A stretch of DNA of 64,000 nucleotides from Alphaproteobacteria bacterium (lineage in GTDB: Bacteria > Pseudomonadota > Alphaproteobacteria > G965222575), in the NCBI GenBank assembly GCA_965222575.1, contig OZ244958.1, forward strand, positions 608,001 to 672,000, in the 5' to 3' direction. The position numbers were made by a program, and so were the translations under genes. The notes beneath the pieces were generated by a model. It was given only the letters and a program-made list of their open reading frames with translations, did not search any database and was not told where the DNA came from. Position 1 is the first letter of the stretch. Each line of letters begins with the position of its first letter. Below are positions 1-10,332 of the stretch, piece after piece.

Positions 1-295
1 GCCCGGGGGGCTTCACAAAGGGGTTGATTTGTTTGGAAAAGAGGCTCTGAGAGGCGGTTTGTGTCTGTGGGCGGCAGGGAGAGAAGGGGCTATAGGGTAC
101 CTTGAAGCCTTTGATAGGGATGAAGCCTTTCTGAAGAGCTGCCCTGTACAGGCGGGGGATTTAATGGAGAAGGGCTTGAAGGGAGGTGCCCTTGGGGAGG
201 CTTTAGAGGTTGTCAAGCGGCGGTGGGAAGCCACAGATTGTCAAGCTACTAAGGAATCCTTACTGCATTTTCTTGGAAAAGCTGGTTATTTTTAA
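1..295 (+). CDS. cca: C-terminal fragment of CCA-adding tRNA nucleotidyltransferase (truncated by window edge)
   Basis: C-terminal pattern PVQAGDLMEKGLKGGALGEALEVVKRRW resembles the end of alphaproteobacterial CCA enzymes. Confidence 0.6.
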   Translation, partial: PGGLHKGVDLFGKEALRGGLCLWAAGREGAIGYLEAFDRDEAFLKSCPVQAGDLMEKGLKGGALGEALEVVKRRWEATDCQATKESLLHFLGKAGYF

Positions 296-305
296 GCGGA
301 GACTC

Positions 306-971
306 ATGAAGAAGCTACAAAAAGACCAAACGGAACCTCTTATGCGTCGGGTTGCTGTGAGTGCTAAAAAAGGACAGTGGCATCGTGGGTATTTCAATGA
401 CTGGTATGTTCAAGGGGCGCATCAGCATGGGTTACGTGCTAGGTCTGCTTGGAAGTTGTTAGAGATACAGAAGAAGTACGATTTGTTTCAAGGGCGGGGT
501 GAGTCTATCTTGGATTTAGGGGCAGCGCCCGGTGGATGGAGTCAGGTCATTAGCCAGTTAGGGCATAAAGTTTTTGCGGTGGATGAGCGCCCTATGGAGC
601 CTCTCGAGGGCGTTCGAATATTACAGATGAGCATACAGTCCCATGAAGACAGCATCAAAGCACTTAAACAATGGATAGGTACGAGAGTAACAGGTGTAGT
701 CTCTGATCTCTCCCCTTCTCTTACTGGTCACAAGGCGACGGATCATATACGCCTGTTGAGGTTGGCGTCTTTGTCTTTAGAAGTTGGCAAGTGTCTTCTG
801 AAAAAGAGGGGGTTTTATGTGGTGAAAATTTTTCAAGGCAGTCAAGAGGCGGATTTTGTGAAGGTTCTGAAACAAAGCTTTGAGCAAGTACGGTGTTTCA
901 AGCCTAAAGCCTCCAGGAAGAATTCTTGTGAACGCTATCTTATTGGGCAATCTTTTCGCTATCTGTTATGA
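306..971 (+). CDS. rlmE: 23S rRNA Um2552 methyltransferase RlmE/FtsJ
   Basis: Motifs RARSAWKL, LDLGAAPGGWSQ, VSDLSP and KPKASRKNSCE; ATG at 306. Confidence 0.93.
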   Translation: MKKLQKDQTEPLMRRVAVSAKKGQWHRGYFNDWYVQGAHQHGLRARSAWKLLEIQKKYDLFQGRGESILDLGAAPGGWSQVISQLGHKVFAVDERPMEPLEGVRILQMSIQSHEDSIKALKQWIGTRVTGVVSDLSPSLTGHKATDHIRLLRLASLSLEVGKCLLKKRGFYVVKIFQGSQEADFVKVLKQSFEQVRCFKPKASRKNSCERYLIGQSFRYLL

Positions 972-1987
972 CTGTGGTTGCTTCAGAACTTGGTGCATTC
1001 TTTCCGCGTGCCATGGAACAGGTTGACCGATATATTCTGGAGGAGCTGGATTGTATTCCTTTTGTAGGGCCTGTAGCACGTCGGCTTCTTTTTGCGGGAG
1101 GGAAGCGGTTGCGTCCTCTGTTAGCGTTAGCGTTCTGTTCTCTTGAAGCACAAGAAGAGCAGGAAACCTTAGTCTATCCGTTTTCTACGATGATTGGGGC
1201 TGCTGTGGAGTTGATGCATTTAGCCTGTTTGCTACATGATGATGTGTTGGATGATCAAGCACTCAGACGTGGTCTTGCTACAGCTAGTAAGCGTTTTGGC
1301 AATTCTGTGGCAATTTTGTGCGGCGATTTTTTATTTGCTCAAGCCTTCAAGCACGTCTTAAAAGTGTCTGATAAAACTTGTAGTCTTAGCATTTTAAGCA
1401 GAGCAGCACAAAATATGGCGTGGGGGGAGCTACTACAACTGCAACAGTCTTGTGACTTTATTCCTCAAGATTTGTATATGGAGTCCATTGAGAAGAAAAC
1501 GGCTACTCTTTTTTCCGCTGCCTGTTCCATGGGGCCTACGCTTTTGGACAAGCCGCCCGTTTTTATACAAGCAGCTGAGAGGTTCGGAAGAAATTTTGGG
1601 GTCGCTTTTCAGATTTTGGATGATATTGTAGATTACACAGGAGGCGTTGGCTATACCAAGGAATGTGGCAGGGATTTTGCGCAAGGGACACAAACCTTGC
1701 CTGTGATTTTAGCCATTCAAGGGGCTTCCAGTGTGGAGAAAGACTTTTGGCGTCAACAGATGCGAAAAAAGAAGAGCAATAAAAAGCTGGACCCCCAAGA
1801 CTTTCAACAGGCTTTGACGATTCTCAGGCGTCACAGGGCTTTCCACGAAGCTGTTCAAGTGGCTAGGGCTTATGAAAAAAAGGCGCTAGTTGCCATAGAA
1901 TCTTTTCCATCCTCGCCTCTTGTGGGAAAAGTCTCACGGTGTCTCAGTGATATTTTTACCCGCCTTGTGGAAGGGCAAGACGCCTAA
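968..1987 (+). CDS. ispB: Long-chain polyprenyl diphosphate synthase
   Basis: GGKRLRP, LLHDDVLD..RRG (first Asp-rich motif), KTA and FQILDD (second Asp-rich motif). Confidence 0.88.
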   Translation: MTVVASELGAFFPRAMEQVDRYILEELDCIPFVGPVARRLLFAGGKRLRPLLALAFCSLEAQEEQETLVYPFSTMIGAAVELMHLACLLHDDVLDDQALRRGLATASKRFGNSVAILCGDFLFAQAFKHVLKVSDKTCSLSILSRAAQNMAWGELLQLQQSCDFIPQDLYMESIEKKTATLFSAACSMGPTLLDKPPVFIQAAERFGRNFGVAFQILDDIVDYTGGVGYTKECGRDFAQGTQTLPVILAIQGASSVEKDFWRQQMRKKKSNKKLDPQDFQQALTILRRHRAFHEAVQVARAYEKKALVAIESFPSSPLVGKVSRCLSDIFTRLVEGQDA

Positions 1988-2068
1988 TCTCCTTCACAAT
2001 CCCCCGCTTGTTGTCTTTCTCTAATTGGCAACCCTCTCACGATATCTTGTCCCCCCCGCCTGTCCTTC

Positions 2069-2569
2069 CTATTGGCAATGCTTTGTCATTTCGTCAAAAG
2101 CCTTAGTGAAGCCTCTGAGAGAGTAGGTATCTTTCGTGACAGTGCCTCTTTGAGAAGTGGCTGTGATACTGAAGCGATTCCCTTTTTTCATAGCACTCAC
2201 CAGCTGTTTATCCATAGCCACCGTTTCAGCCCATATGGTTTCATCTCGTGCAATGAAGCTAAAGGTTTTGTCACTGATAACGCCCATGATATCTTTTTTC
2301 AAATCAAGAGGGTATCCCATATAGCTACTGACTTCTCCAAAGAACCCTTTTTCGGGATTATGGGTCACCAAAAGTGCAATAGTTCCTCTTTTGACATGGG
2401 GAGGGGTGCTGTATTTAGGAGAGCTTATAATGTAACAAATTTTATGGGGTTGATTTATCACTAAAACCTTCCAATCATGAAAGATTTCTGCTTTAACGGG
2501 AGAGGGAGTATCTGCGCCTAGTAAAGGTTGACAGAAGAAGAGCAGGAGGGGGAAAATTGTAAAGCGCAT
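2069..2569 (-). CDS. Exported IalB (invasion-associated locus B)-family protein
   Basis: Signal peptide; FHDWKV, CYIIS and AMKKG..S.RGT.T.DTYSL.GFTKA are typical of the alphaproteobacterial IalB family. Confidence 0.75.
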   Translation of the reverse strand: MRFTIFPLLLFFCQPLLGADTPSPVKAEIFHDWKVLVINQPHKICYIISSPKYSTPPHVKRGTIALLVTHNPEKGFFGEVSSYMGYPLDLKKDIMGVISDKTFSFIARDETIWAETVAMDKQLVSAMKKGNRFSITATSQRGTVTKDTYSLRGFTKAFDEMTKHCQ

Positions 2570-2600
2570 GACTGATGACCGAAGGAATTGACTTTTTTTG

Positions 2601-2630
2601 AGGATAGGAAAACCATGAGGGGTAAGTCAA
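2601..2630 (-). promoter_or_regulatory. Putative sigma70 promoter for the IalB-like gene
   Basis: Minus strand TTGACT-N18-TATCCT about 30 nt upstream of the ATG. Confidence 0.45.
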
Positions 2631-2733
2631 TGATTGATTTTAAGCACCGGGCTTTTTTCCTATGAGAGGCCTGATTCGTTATTGGCATAAAATCTTATTC
2701 TTTATCTGAGGGGGGTAGTGGGTCTGAGGAGGG

Positions 2734-4749
2734 TTAGTCGTCAATGCCTAAGCGCAGGGCTTTTTCGCTATCAAGGAATCCTGAGCCATAAGCGGCATCA
2801 AGTCCTTTTTCCCCTAAGTCGAGGGCGCTTTTTGTCATAAGGGCGGTGATTTCCTGTGCTGTTTTTTGAGGAAAAGCCTGTCGCAAGAGGGCCGCCACTC
2901 CAGCTGCTACGGCGGCGGCGGCGTCAAGATGGTACTCGCTGTAACCGCGGGACTCAAAACGCCCGTCTCCGCGAATGCCTATCATACCTTGAGGTGCTGT
3001 GAGTTTAGAGGTTTTCTTTGTGGAAGAAGAAAATGGTTCCCCTATTAGCTCTATTGTGTCTTCTACAAAATCGTATTGAAAATGGTTCATACTGGTCTGT
3101 TTTTGAAGCCGTCCGCGCACAATTAAAATTTTGGGAGAATCAATCTCCGGCGGTAGATAGTAGCTAGATGAAACCACCACTACGATATCTTTTTCTAACA
3201 GTTTTTGTATTTCTTCTGCTGTATGGTTGCTTCTTGTAGGCAACAACAAAACCTTGACATTAGCTTTCTCTAGCATTTTTAGGCCTGAAGGGCTTAAAGA
3301 GGGGAGCATGAAAACAGAGGAATCAAAGGCGACGCCATGGAGGTATCCTTGTTGTTTCTCCTTCTCTTTTGCTAGAAGCATTTCTCTTCCGCGACTCGCT
3401 ACCATAATGCTGGTGAGAAAGGTTTCTCCTTGGGGTTCTTTTCTTGTGATGGATTGGTGTAAACTTAGAGGATGTAATTGGGTTTTTAGCTCTCTTAGGG
3501 TGTCATTCACCGCTCCCCCCACAATACCGATAGTAATGCCTTTCCCAGTCAAGCCATAAGCGTAAACGAAGGGCAGTTTAATAGAAGAAAGAGGGTGTTT
3601 ATTGTTTTGGTATTCAATGGTTTCATAGAATTCTGTTGGTTCGTATTGTTTGTAGAAGTCCCCGAGGATATTAGGAGTCCTGTTGTTATACTTTGTTCTT
3701 TCTGTGTGGTAATCTGGTACTGAAGAGGTAGGTGAAGCATGTTCTGTGTGGAGGATATGGCGTTGAGCGAGGTATTCGAAAGCGGCTAGTGCGTCGGGGA
3801 ATCCGCGTCCTGTTTGCCAATCGGTTCCTGGTTGTCCTATATCCACGGCTGTTTCCAGAATGGCTTCAACGACTTCGTGATTTTTCGCCTCAGGGTAAGC
3901 CTGACGCAAGAGTGTGATAATACCGGCTACCATAGGGGCTGAAAGAGATGTGCCTGTGTTGGGGGAGGGGCTATCCTCTGTATCAAGGGTGTTTATGCCT
4001 TCTCCGGGGGCAATGACACAAAACTCTGCTACCTCTTTGCAGGGCGTTGCCCACTGAGAAAAGGAGGCATATTGCCCAATATCTTCGCGTTCAATCCTTG
4101 GGGAGAAGTCCAATTCGTCCCTGATAGCATGCTTTTGCTTTTTAGAGATTGTCGCAGAACTCACAGCAAGAATAGCCCCCCTTGCTTGTAGAGCATAAGA
4201 GGCGGGAAAATAAACGCCGCTGTCCGGCCCCCAGTTGCCAGTAGAACAAACAATCACCATATCATTTTGAATGAATTTCTGTATGCCCCGTAAATAAAAA
4301 GGGGGGTGATTACGGGTATTCCATACGACACTGATATTAATCACTTTGACGCCGGCATCAATGAAAAGCTCTGGATTGCGAAAAATCCGTTGAGGCCTAT
4401 CTGAAATCACCAAGGACTTATAAGCAATGCCTTGCATGTTGATGTTGTTTTTATTCCCTACTAAAATCATAGCAACTGCGGTGGGGTGTCCTGTGGTGTC
4501 TATAACGCCGCTGCGCAGATGCACTCTTCCTTCAAAGTCCGGTAAGGAAACCTGTAGGCCTCCATCAATGTTGCCTAGTACGACATTTTCCCCTGTGAGA
4601 TTTTTTTCATATAAATAATGAATGTTCAACAGGGTAAAAGGAATACCATTTGCTTTGTATTCCATATCATCAAGGATGTCGTAGATATTTTCACTTTTTC
4701 CACACAAGGGATAAAGAAGCAAGAGGAAGAGGAGAAAATAGAATTTCAT
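2734..4749 (-). CDS. Secreted S8 subtilisin-like protease with tandem domains (first intact, second degenerate)
   Basis: Signal peptide MKFYFLLFLLLL. Domain 1 has NIDGG, GHPT, STGN and GTSLSAP. Domain 2 repeats the GLTGKGITIGIV and LLRQAFP..DLG..G.D..YG.G scaffold but lacks the triad residues. Confidence 0.85.
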   Translation of the reverse strand: MKFYFLLFLLLLYPLCGKSENIYDILDDMEYKANGIPFTLLNIHYLYEKNLTGENVVLGNIDGGLQVSLPDFEGRVHLRSGVIDTTGHPTAVAMILVGNKNNINMQGIAYKSLVISDRPQRIFRNPELFIDAGVKVINISVVWNTRNHPPFYLRGIQKFIQNDMVIVCSTGNWGPDSGVYFPASYALQARGAILAVSSATISKKQKHAIRDELDFSPRIEREDIGQYASFSQWATPCKEVAEFCVIAPGEGINTLDTEDSPSPNTGTSLSAPMVAGIITLLRQAYPEAKNHEVVEAILETAVDIGQPGTDWQTGRGFPDALAAFEYLAQRHILHTEHASPTSSVPDYHTERTKYNNRTPNILGDFYKQYEPTEFYETIEYQNNKHPLSSIKLPFVYAYGLTGKGITIGIVGGAVNDTLRELKTQLHPLSLHQSITRKEPQGETFLTSIMVASRGREMLLAKEKEKQQGYLHGVAFDSSVFMLPSLSPSGLKMLEKANVKVLLLPTRSNHTAEEIQKLLEKDIVVVVSSSYYLPPEIDSPKILIVRGRLQKQTSMNHFQYDFVEDTIELIGEPFSSSTKKTSKLTAPQGMIGIRGDGRFESRGYSEYHLDAAAAVAAGVAALLRQAFPQKTAQEITALMTKSALDLGEKGLDAAYGSGFLDSEKALRLGIDD

Positions 4750-4883
4750 GGAGGATAGTTTTGACTTTGTAGACTTAAGGCAGTACATAATACATAATTG
4801 TAAAGGAAAATCAGAAAAAAACTAGTTTCTTATGGTAAAGAATTTTCAGGAGAGGGGTATGGGGGGTGAGGTGGTAGGGGCTT

Positions 4884-5657
4884 GTGTCTAGAAAGAAGCT
4901 TTGTGAGGGGAAAGGGAAAGTTCTGTTTCAAGGGCCTTATCCGCACACGGCGGTGCAAGTTTTCAAAGATACGGTGACGGCATTAGATGGCAAGAAGAGG
5001 TCTAGCATCAAGGGGAAGGGTCGTGTGAACAATGGGATTTGTGCGCATATTATGGAGGGGTTATCGGCTTGTAGTTTTCCGACGCATTTTCTCAAGAAGC
5101 TTTCTTCTACGGAGCAGTTAGTGAGGTATGTGAAGATGATTCCGTTAGAAGTGATTGTCCGCAATGTTTCGGCTGGCAGTTTTTCGAGGAGGTTCGGGGT
5201 ACAGCGCGGAGAGAATCTGTTGCGTCCTGTGGTGGAATTTTGTGTTAAGAGAGGAGAGGAAGACCCTTTTATTGGGGAGGATGTGATTGTAGCCCTTGAG
5301 ATTGCCTCTTGGGAGCAAGTAGATGAGATGATGGAATTGGCGTTGAGGGTTAATGATTATCTCAGTGGTTTGTTCAAGGCTGGAGGGATAATTTTGGTAG
5401 ATTTTAAGGTAGAGTTTGGGTGTCGTGTTGATGAAGAGGAGGAGGAGGAGAGACTGGTTTTAGCTGATGAGATTACGCCTGATAGTTGTCGTTTATGGGA
5501 GAGTGTGACGAAGAAGTCTTTGGATAAAGATTTGTTTCGATTAGGGTTGGGGGATGATATGCTTGAAGGGTATGAAGAGGTTGCGCGTCGTATTGGGGTG
5601 TTGAAGCGTCCTTTGTATTTGGTGAGGGGTTTGGGAAAAGAAGAGAAGAAGAAGTGA
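4884..5657 (+). CDS. purC: SAICAR synthetase
   Basis: EGKGK, IPLEVIVRN, LVDFKVEFG, LADEITPDSCRLW and DKDLFR. Confidence 0.96.
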   Translation: MSRKKLCEGKGKVLFQGPYPHTAVQVFKDTVTALDGKKRSSIKGKGRVNNGICAHIMEGLSACSFPTHFLKKLSSTEQLVRYVKMIPLEVIVRNVSAGSFSRRFGVQRGENLLRPVVEFCVKRGEEDPFIGEDVIVALEIASWEQVDEMMELALRVNDYLSGLFKAGGIILVDFKVEFGCRVDEEEEEERLVLADEITPDSCRLWESVTKKSLDKDLFRLGLGDDMLEGYEEVARRIGVLKRPLYLVRGLGKEEKKK

Positions 5658-5663
5658 GAGAAG

Positions 5664-5906
5664 ATGGTTGTGGTGCGGGTAATTGTGACACTTAAGGCGG
5701 ATATTTTGGATCCTGCGGGGAAGGCTATTTGTGCTGTTGGGGTTTCCAAGGAAGAGGCGTTAAGGGAGGTACGCGGGGGGAAAATTTTTGACTTGAGTAT
5801 TGAGGCGGAGGCGGAGGAAGCCTTAGCCATTGCTACGCGTCTTGCTGAAGATTTCTTAGCGGATGCGCTTTCGGAGAATTTTTGTGTAGAATGTCTATCG
5901 TCATGA
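5664..5906 (+). CDS. purS: FGAM synthase subunit PurS
   Basis: VTLKADILDPAGKAI and VRGGKIF; lies between purC and purQ. Confidence 0.9.
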   Translation: MVVVRVIVTLKADILDPAGKAICAVGVSKEEALREVRGGKIFDLSIEAEAEEALAIATRLAEDFLADALSENFCVECLSS

Positions 5907-6586
5907 GGACGGTTGCGCTGATTATTTTTCCCGGTTCCAACTGTGATTGTGATACGGAAAAAGCCTTACGGATGGTAGGGGCTAGGGTTAGGAGGGTGAG
6001 TTATAAGGAGAGGGATTTGGGGGGGGTATCTGGGATTATTTTGCCCGGCGGTTTTTCTTATGGAGATTATCTTCGGGCTGGGGCTATTGCATCTTGCGTG
6101 CCTATTATGGAGGAGGTGCGTCGTAAGGTGAAGCAAGGGGTGCCTCTTTTGGCTATCTGTAATGGCTTTCAGATTGCAACGCAAGCGTCCTTATTGCCCG
6201 GGGTTTTACTCCCTAATGATACTGGTCGATTTATTTGTCGCTGTGTTTCTGTACGGATTGCTAGTGAGAGTCCTTATTTTACATCGGCTTGTTCGACAAA
6301 GCATCTGAGCATTCCTATAGCCCATAAAGAGGGTCGTTTTTATGCCCCTGTTGAGGTTATTAAGGCTCTGCGTGAAGAGGGACGCATTGCCCTTACCTAT
6401 ACGAAAGCGTCAGGGGATTCGGATAATCCTAACGGGTCTTGTCATGACATTGCTGGCATTTATGATAAGGAGAGACGCATTTTAGGGATGATGCCTCACC
6501 CGGAGAGGGCTATGGGGGGGCATATGGTGCGTGAGGGGGGGAGAGGAGTCCTTGAGTCTTTTGTGCAGTCACTAGTGGGAGGGTGA
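5903..6586 (+). CDS. purQ: FGAM synthase glutaminase subunit PurQ
   Basis: [24 protein letters not shown] and GMMPHPER. Confidence 0.96.
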   Translation: MRTVALIIFPGSNCDCDTEKALRMVGARVRRVSYKERDLGGVSGIILPGGFSYGDYLRAGAIASCVPIMEEVRRKVKQGVPLLAICNGFQIATQASLLPGVLLPNDTGRFICRCVSVRIASESPYFTSACSTKHLSIPIAHKEGRFYAPVEVIKALREEGRIALTYTKASGDSDNPNGSCHDIAGIYDKERRILGMMPHPERAMGGHMVREGGRGVLESFVQSLVGG

Positions 6587-6593
6587 GGGCAGG

Positions 6594-8756
6594 ATGTTTG
6601 GGTTGACTGAGACGGAACGTGTGCGGGTTTTGTCTTTATTGAAGCGCGAACCTAATGGCGTAGAGTGGGCTATTATTGGGGCTTTGTGGAGTGAACATTG
6701 TTCCTATAAAAGTTCTAGGAAGTGGCTTAGCATTTTACCGACGACCTCTTTGGCGGACCCTGAGAGGGTGGTGTTGGGTCCGGGGGAGAATGCTGGTATT
6801 GTGCGGCTACAAGATGGGGTTGCGGTGGCACTAAAGATAGAAAGTCATAATCACCCGTCTTACATTGACCCTTATCAAGGGGCGGCTACGGGAGTGGGGG
6901 GGATTTTGAGGGATATTTTCACCATGGGGGCTAGACCGGTGGCGTTGATGAATGCGTTGAGTTTTGGGTCTTTTGAGTCGGAGTCGACGAAAAGGCTAGC
7001 AAGAGGGGTGGTAGCGGGCATAGGAGGGTATGGGAATTGTATTGGGGTACCGACGGTGGGGGGTGCCACGGGGTTTTATCCTTGTTATGAGCGCAATATT
7101 TTGGTTAACGCTATGGCTTTAGGCGTGGTAGACCCGGAGAAGATTTTTCTTTCTAAAGCGTCTGGTGTTGGGAATAAAGTGGTGTATATTGGGGCGAAGA
7201 CGGGACGTGATGGCATTGAGGGGGCGGTGATGGCTTCAGCCCCGGAGGGGAGTGGCGAAAAAAGCGCTGTACAGGTAGGAGACCCTTTTGTGGGGAAGAT
7301 GCTCATGGAAGCCTGTTTGGAGATGATGGCCTTGGAGTTAATTGTGTGCATTCAGGACATGGGGGCGGCGGGATTGTCTTGTGCGGCTTCTGAGATGTCT
7401 AGTCGTGGAGGTGTAGGCATGCAGTTGGATTTATCAAAGGTGCCGATACGCGTTGCTGATATGGCGCCAGGGGAGATTATGTTGTCTGAAAGCCAAGAGC
7501 GTATGCTAGCGGTGGCAGAGCCTCATAAGGTGAAGGCGCTTTTAGAGCTGTTGGAGAAATGGGATTTAGAGGCGGTGGTGTTAGGGGAGATTACCAATAC
7601 CGGGGACTTAGACATTGTGTGGGGTACAGAAAATGTTGCCTCTTTACCGGTGAAAGTCATCATTGAGCATATGCCCCTTTTAGAGAGGGCCTATTGCTCG
7701 CAAGTCGCAAAAAAGGGTGCCGCCCCTGCTCCTTGTCTTTCTGTTAGGGAAGCACTCCCCGCTCTTTTACATCACCCCAATGGATGTTCTAGAAAAGCGA
7801 TTTGGCAGCAGTATGACCACATGATACAGACCTCGTCTCTTGTGCTACCGGGAGAAGAAATAGCCGCTCTTGCCATTGATAAAACCGCTCTTTTGATGAG
7901 TACGGACTTCAATCCTCATTGGTGTCAGGCTAGCCCTAGGGATGGTAGCATTGCTACTGTTGCGGAAGGGTGGCGGCATATTATTGCTGCTGGGGGTAAG
8001 CCTTTAGCGCTAACGAATTGTCTGAATTTCGCTAGTCCTGAAGACCCTGTTGTCATGGGGCAGTTTGTGGAAACAGTGAAAGCCCTGAAAGAAGCCTGTG
8101 AGATTCTTGATGTACCAGTTGTGTCTGGCAATGTCTCCTTTTATAATACTTCTGGTCATCAGCATATTACCCCTACGCCTATTCTCACAATGATAGGGTC
8201 TTGTCCTTTGGATTTGTTTCGTCGCTCGAATCTCGTAGCAGGGTTGGATATTCTCTGTATCGGACAAACAAAGGGCTGGTTAGAAGGGTCTTTGTATCAC
8301 CAAGTTTGTGCGTTGGAAACGGGAGAATCTTTTGAGGGGGGGCCTCCTTCCACAATTGATTTAGCCTATGAGAAGCGTCTTGGGGAGATGATGAGAGAAA
8401 TACTGAGGGCATATCCTAAGGTTAGTGCTAGGGCTGTAGGCAAAGGAGGTCTTTTGACGACTTTGTGTCGTTTGTTGATAAGGAATCAGGAGGGGAAAAG
8501 AGCAAAAGGGGCGTTTTTGACTTTGCCTGTTGGTCAGGAGCCTGTATCATGGTTATTGGGAGAAGACCAAGGGCGTTATTTTGTGTTTTGTGAGCCGGAA
8601 GTGTCTCCTGCTGTGCTCAAGAGAGTACGCGCCGTAACGGAGGCGATAATCATTGGGGGGACAACACAGGAGTCTGTTTTGTCTGCTGGAGAAGACAGAT
8701 GGTCTATGGAGATTCTCAAAGAGAGGTTTTTTACAGGATTTCATCAACTCATGTAG
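6594..8756 (+). CDS. purL: FGAM synthase subunit PurL
   Basis: [33 protein letters not shown] and [10 protein letters not shown]. Confidence 0.97.
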   Translation: MFGLTETERVRVLSLLKREPNGVEWAIIGALWSEHCSYKSSRKWLSILPTTSLADPERVVLGPGENAGIVRLQDGVAVALKIESHNHPSYIDPYQGAATGVGGILRDIFTMGARPVALMNALSFGSFESESTKRLARGVVAGIGGYGNCIGVPTVGGATGFYPCYERNILVNAMALGVVDPEKIFLSKASGVGNKVVYIGAKTGRDGIEGAVMASAPEGSGEKSAVQVGDPFVGKMLMEACLEMMALELIVCIQDMGAAGLSCAASEMSSRGGVGMQLDLSKVPIRVADMAPGEIMLSESQERMLAVAEPHKVKALLELLEKWDLEAVVLGEITNTGDLDIVWGTENVASLPVKVIIEHMPLLERAYCSQVAKKGAAPAPCLSVREALPALLHHPNGCSRKAIWQQYDHMIQTSSLVLPGEEIAALAIDKTALLMSTDFNPHWCQASPRDGSIATVAEGWRHIIAAGGKPLALTNCLNFASPEDPVVMGQFVETVKALKEACEILDVPVVSGNVSFYNTSGHQHITPTPILTMIGSCPLDLFRRSNLVAGLDILCIGQTKGWLEGSLYHQVCALETGESFEGGPPSTIDLAYEKRLGEMMREILRAYPKVSARAVGKGGLLTTLCRLLIRNQEGKRAKGAFLTLPVGQEPVSWLLGEDQGRYFVFCEPEVSPAVLKRVRAVTEAIIIGGTTQESVLSAGEDRWSMEILKERFFTGFHQLM

Positions 8757-8764
8757 GAGGTATC

Positions 8765-9109
8765 ATGACATCAATACAAGAAAAGATTCAACAACTGGTT
8801 CAAGATCATCAGGTGGTGTTATTTATGAAAGGAACGCCTAAGGTGCCAAGATGCGGCTTTTCTGCACGCGTGGTCAACATTTTAGACTATTTTTCTATCT
8901 CTTTTATAGGAGTGGATGTCTTGGAGAATGACACCATGAAGGAAGCCCTTAAAGTCTTTTCCGATTGGCCGACGATTCCGCAGCTCTATATAAAAGGCAC
9001 TTTTATAGGAGGATGCGATATTGTTGCAGACATGATGGAAAAAGGAGAGTTAGCGTCCTTTTTTTCTCAGCAAGGCATTCCCATTTCGAAGCCGTCTTCT
9101 TCTCTTTAG
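8765..9109 (+). CDS. grxD: Monothiol glutaredoxin Grx4
   Basis: LFMKGTP..PRCGFS, WPTIPQLY and GGCDI; RBS AGGAGG upstream. Confidence 0.95.
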   Translation: MTSIQEKIQQLVQDHQVVLFMKGTPKVPRCGFSARVVNILDYFSISFIGVDVLENDTMKEALKVFSDWPTIPQLYIKGTFIGGCDIVADMMEKGELASFFSQQGIPISKPSSSL

Positions 9110-9193
9110 AGCCTCTATCCTCTAGGGATTGGTTGAGAGAGGTCAGCTGTAGAGTAGCGAAGACTATAGGAGGATTATAGTAGCGTTGTTTTT

Positions 9194-9556
9194 CTAGCGC
9201 CTTTCTTTGATACGTGCGGCTTTGCCTCGTAGTTTACGCATGTAATATAACTTTGCTTGGCGTACTGCCCCTTTGCGTACAATTGCAAGACTGTCAATCA
9301 GAGGCCCATAAAGTGGGAAAACGCGTTCTACTCCTACTCCTGATGAGAGCTTGCGTACGGTAAAGGTAGAGTGTAGGCCTCTGTTACGACGCCCTAGACA
9401 TAATCCTTCAAAGATTTGGATTCTTTCTCGTTTGCCCTCTTTGATTCTCACGCCGACTTTGAGAAGGTCGCCGGGACGAAAATTTTTTGCCTTTTTGTCT
9501 TCTTTCCCTGAAAGGAGGGCTTTTTGTTCTTCTTTGAGTGTTTGGAGTAAGGACAT
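9194..9556 (-). CDS. rplS: 50S ribosomal protein L19
   Basis: [26 protein letters not shown] and AKLYYMR. Confidence 0.97.
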   Translation of the reverse strand: MSLLQTLKEEQKALLSGKEDKKAKNFRPGDLLKVGVRIKEGKRERIQIFEGLCLGRRNRGLHSTFTVRKLSSGVGVERVFPLYGPLIDSLAIVRKGAVRQAKLYYMRKLRGKAARIKERR

Positions 9557-9590
9557 ATTTTAGGAATAGAGGTTGGTCACTTAGAAAAGT

Positions 9591-10313
9591 TTATTGTGAC
9601 TTGGGTGTGGCTGTTTTTGCAAGATAAATTTCCCATAAATCTGGGCGGGTTTTTTTGGTGAGCCGTTGTGCCTCTTGAGTCTTCCACTGAGCGATTTTTT
9701 TGTGGTCTCCTTTGGTCAGTACCTCAGGGACAGATTGAGTTTCCCAAACAAGAGGGCGTGTGTAAAGAGGATGTTGTAAGAGGCCGGACGGGGAAAAACT
9801 TTGTCCTTTTAAGGACTGTTTGTTGCCTAGAATGCCCGGAATATAGCGCAAAATGCCATCTGTTAAGGTAAGAGCCGCTATGTCTCCATTGGAGAGAATG
9901 TAATCACCAAGTGATATCTGTGTGATGCGATAATTGTGAAAGAGTCGTTCATCAATGCCTTCAAAGCGTGGGCAAATGAAATACGCACCCCCTTTGCGGG
10001 CTAGAGACTGAATAACAGATTGTTTCAGTACAGGGGCTGTAGCACTAAAGCAAATAATAGGCCGCTTGCCATCAGTAATAGAATCAAGACATTGTCCCAA
10101 AACATCAGCTCTCATGACCATGCCCCCCCCTCCTCCATAAGGGACATCATCCACCGTGTCACTGAAGTCTCTTAAGAAAGTTGTTTGAAAAGTCCATAAG
10201 CCTGCCTGTAAGGCTCTCCCTGTAATGCCAAAGCCTAAGGGACCGGGATACAAGTTAGGAAATAGTGTAATGTAGTGTGCCTCAAATCCTGTGCTTAGAG
10301 AAGCTTTAGGCAC
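9591..10313 (-). CDS. trmD: tRNA m1G37 methyltransferase TrmD (probable own GTG start at 10313; appears fused to S16 in the assembled frame)
   Basis: ITLFP, VDDVPYGGGGGMVM, RFEGIDER, ISLGDYIL, YTRP and VPEVL..GDH. Confidence 0.93.
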   Translation of the reverse strand: MPKASLSTGFEAHYITLFPNLYPGPLGFGITGRALQAGLWTFQTTFLRDFSDTVDDVPYGGGGGMVMRADVLGQCLDSITDGKRPIICFSATAPVLKQSVIQSLARKGGAYFICPRFEGIDERLFHNYRITQISLGDYILSNGDIAALTLTDGILRYIPGILGNKQSLKGQSFSPSGLLQHPLYTRPLVWETQSVPEVLTKGDHKKIAQWKTQEAQRLTKKTRPDLWEIYLAKTATPKSQ

Positions 10314-10332
10314 TGGTTGGGGAAGATTTTCC

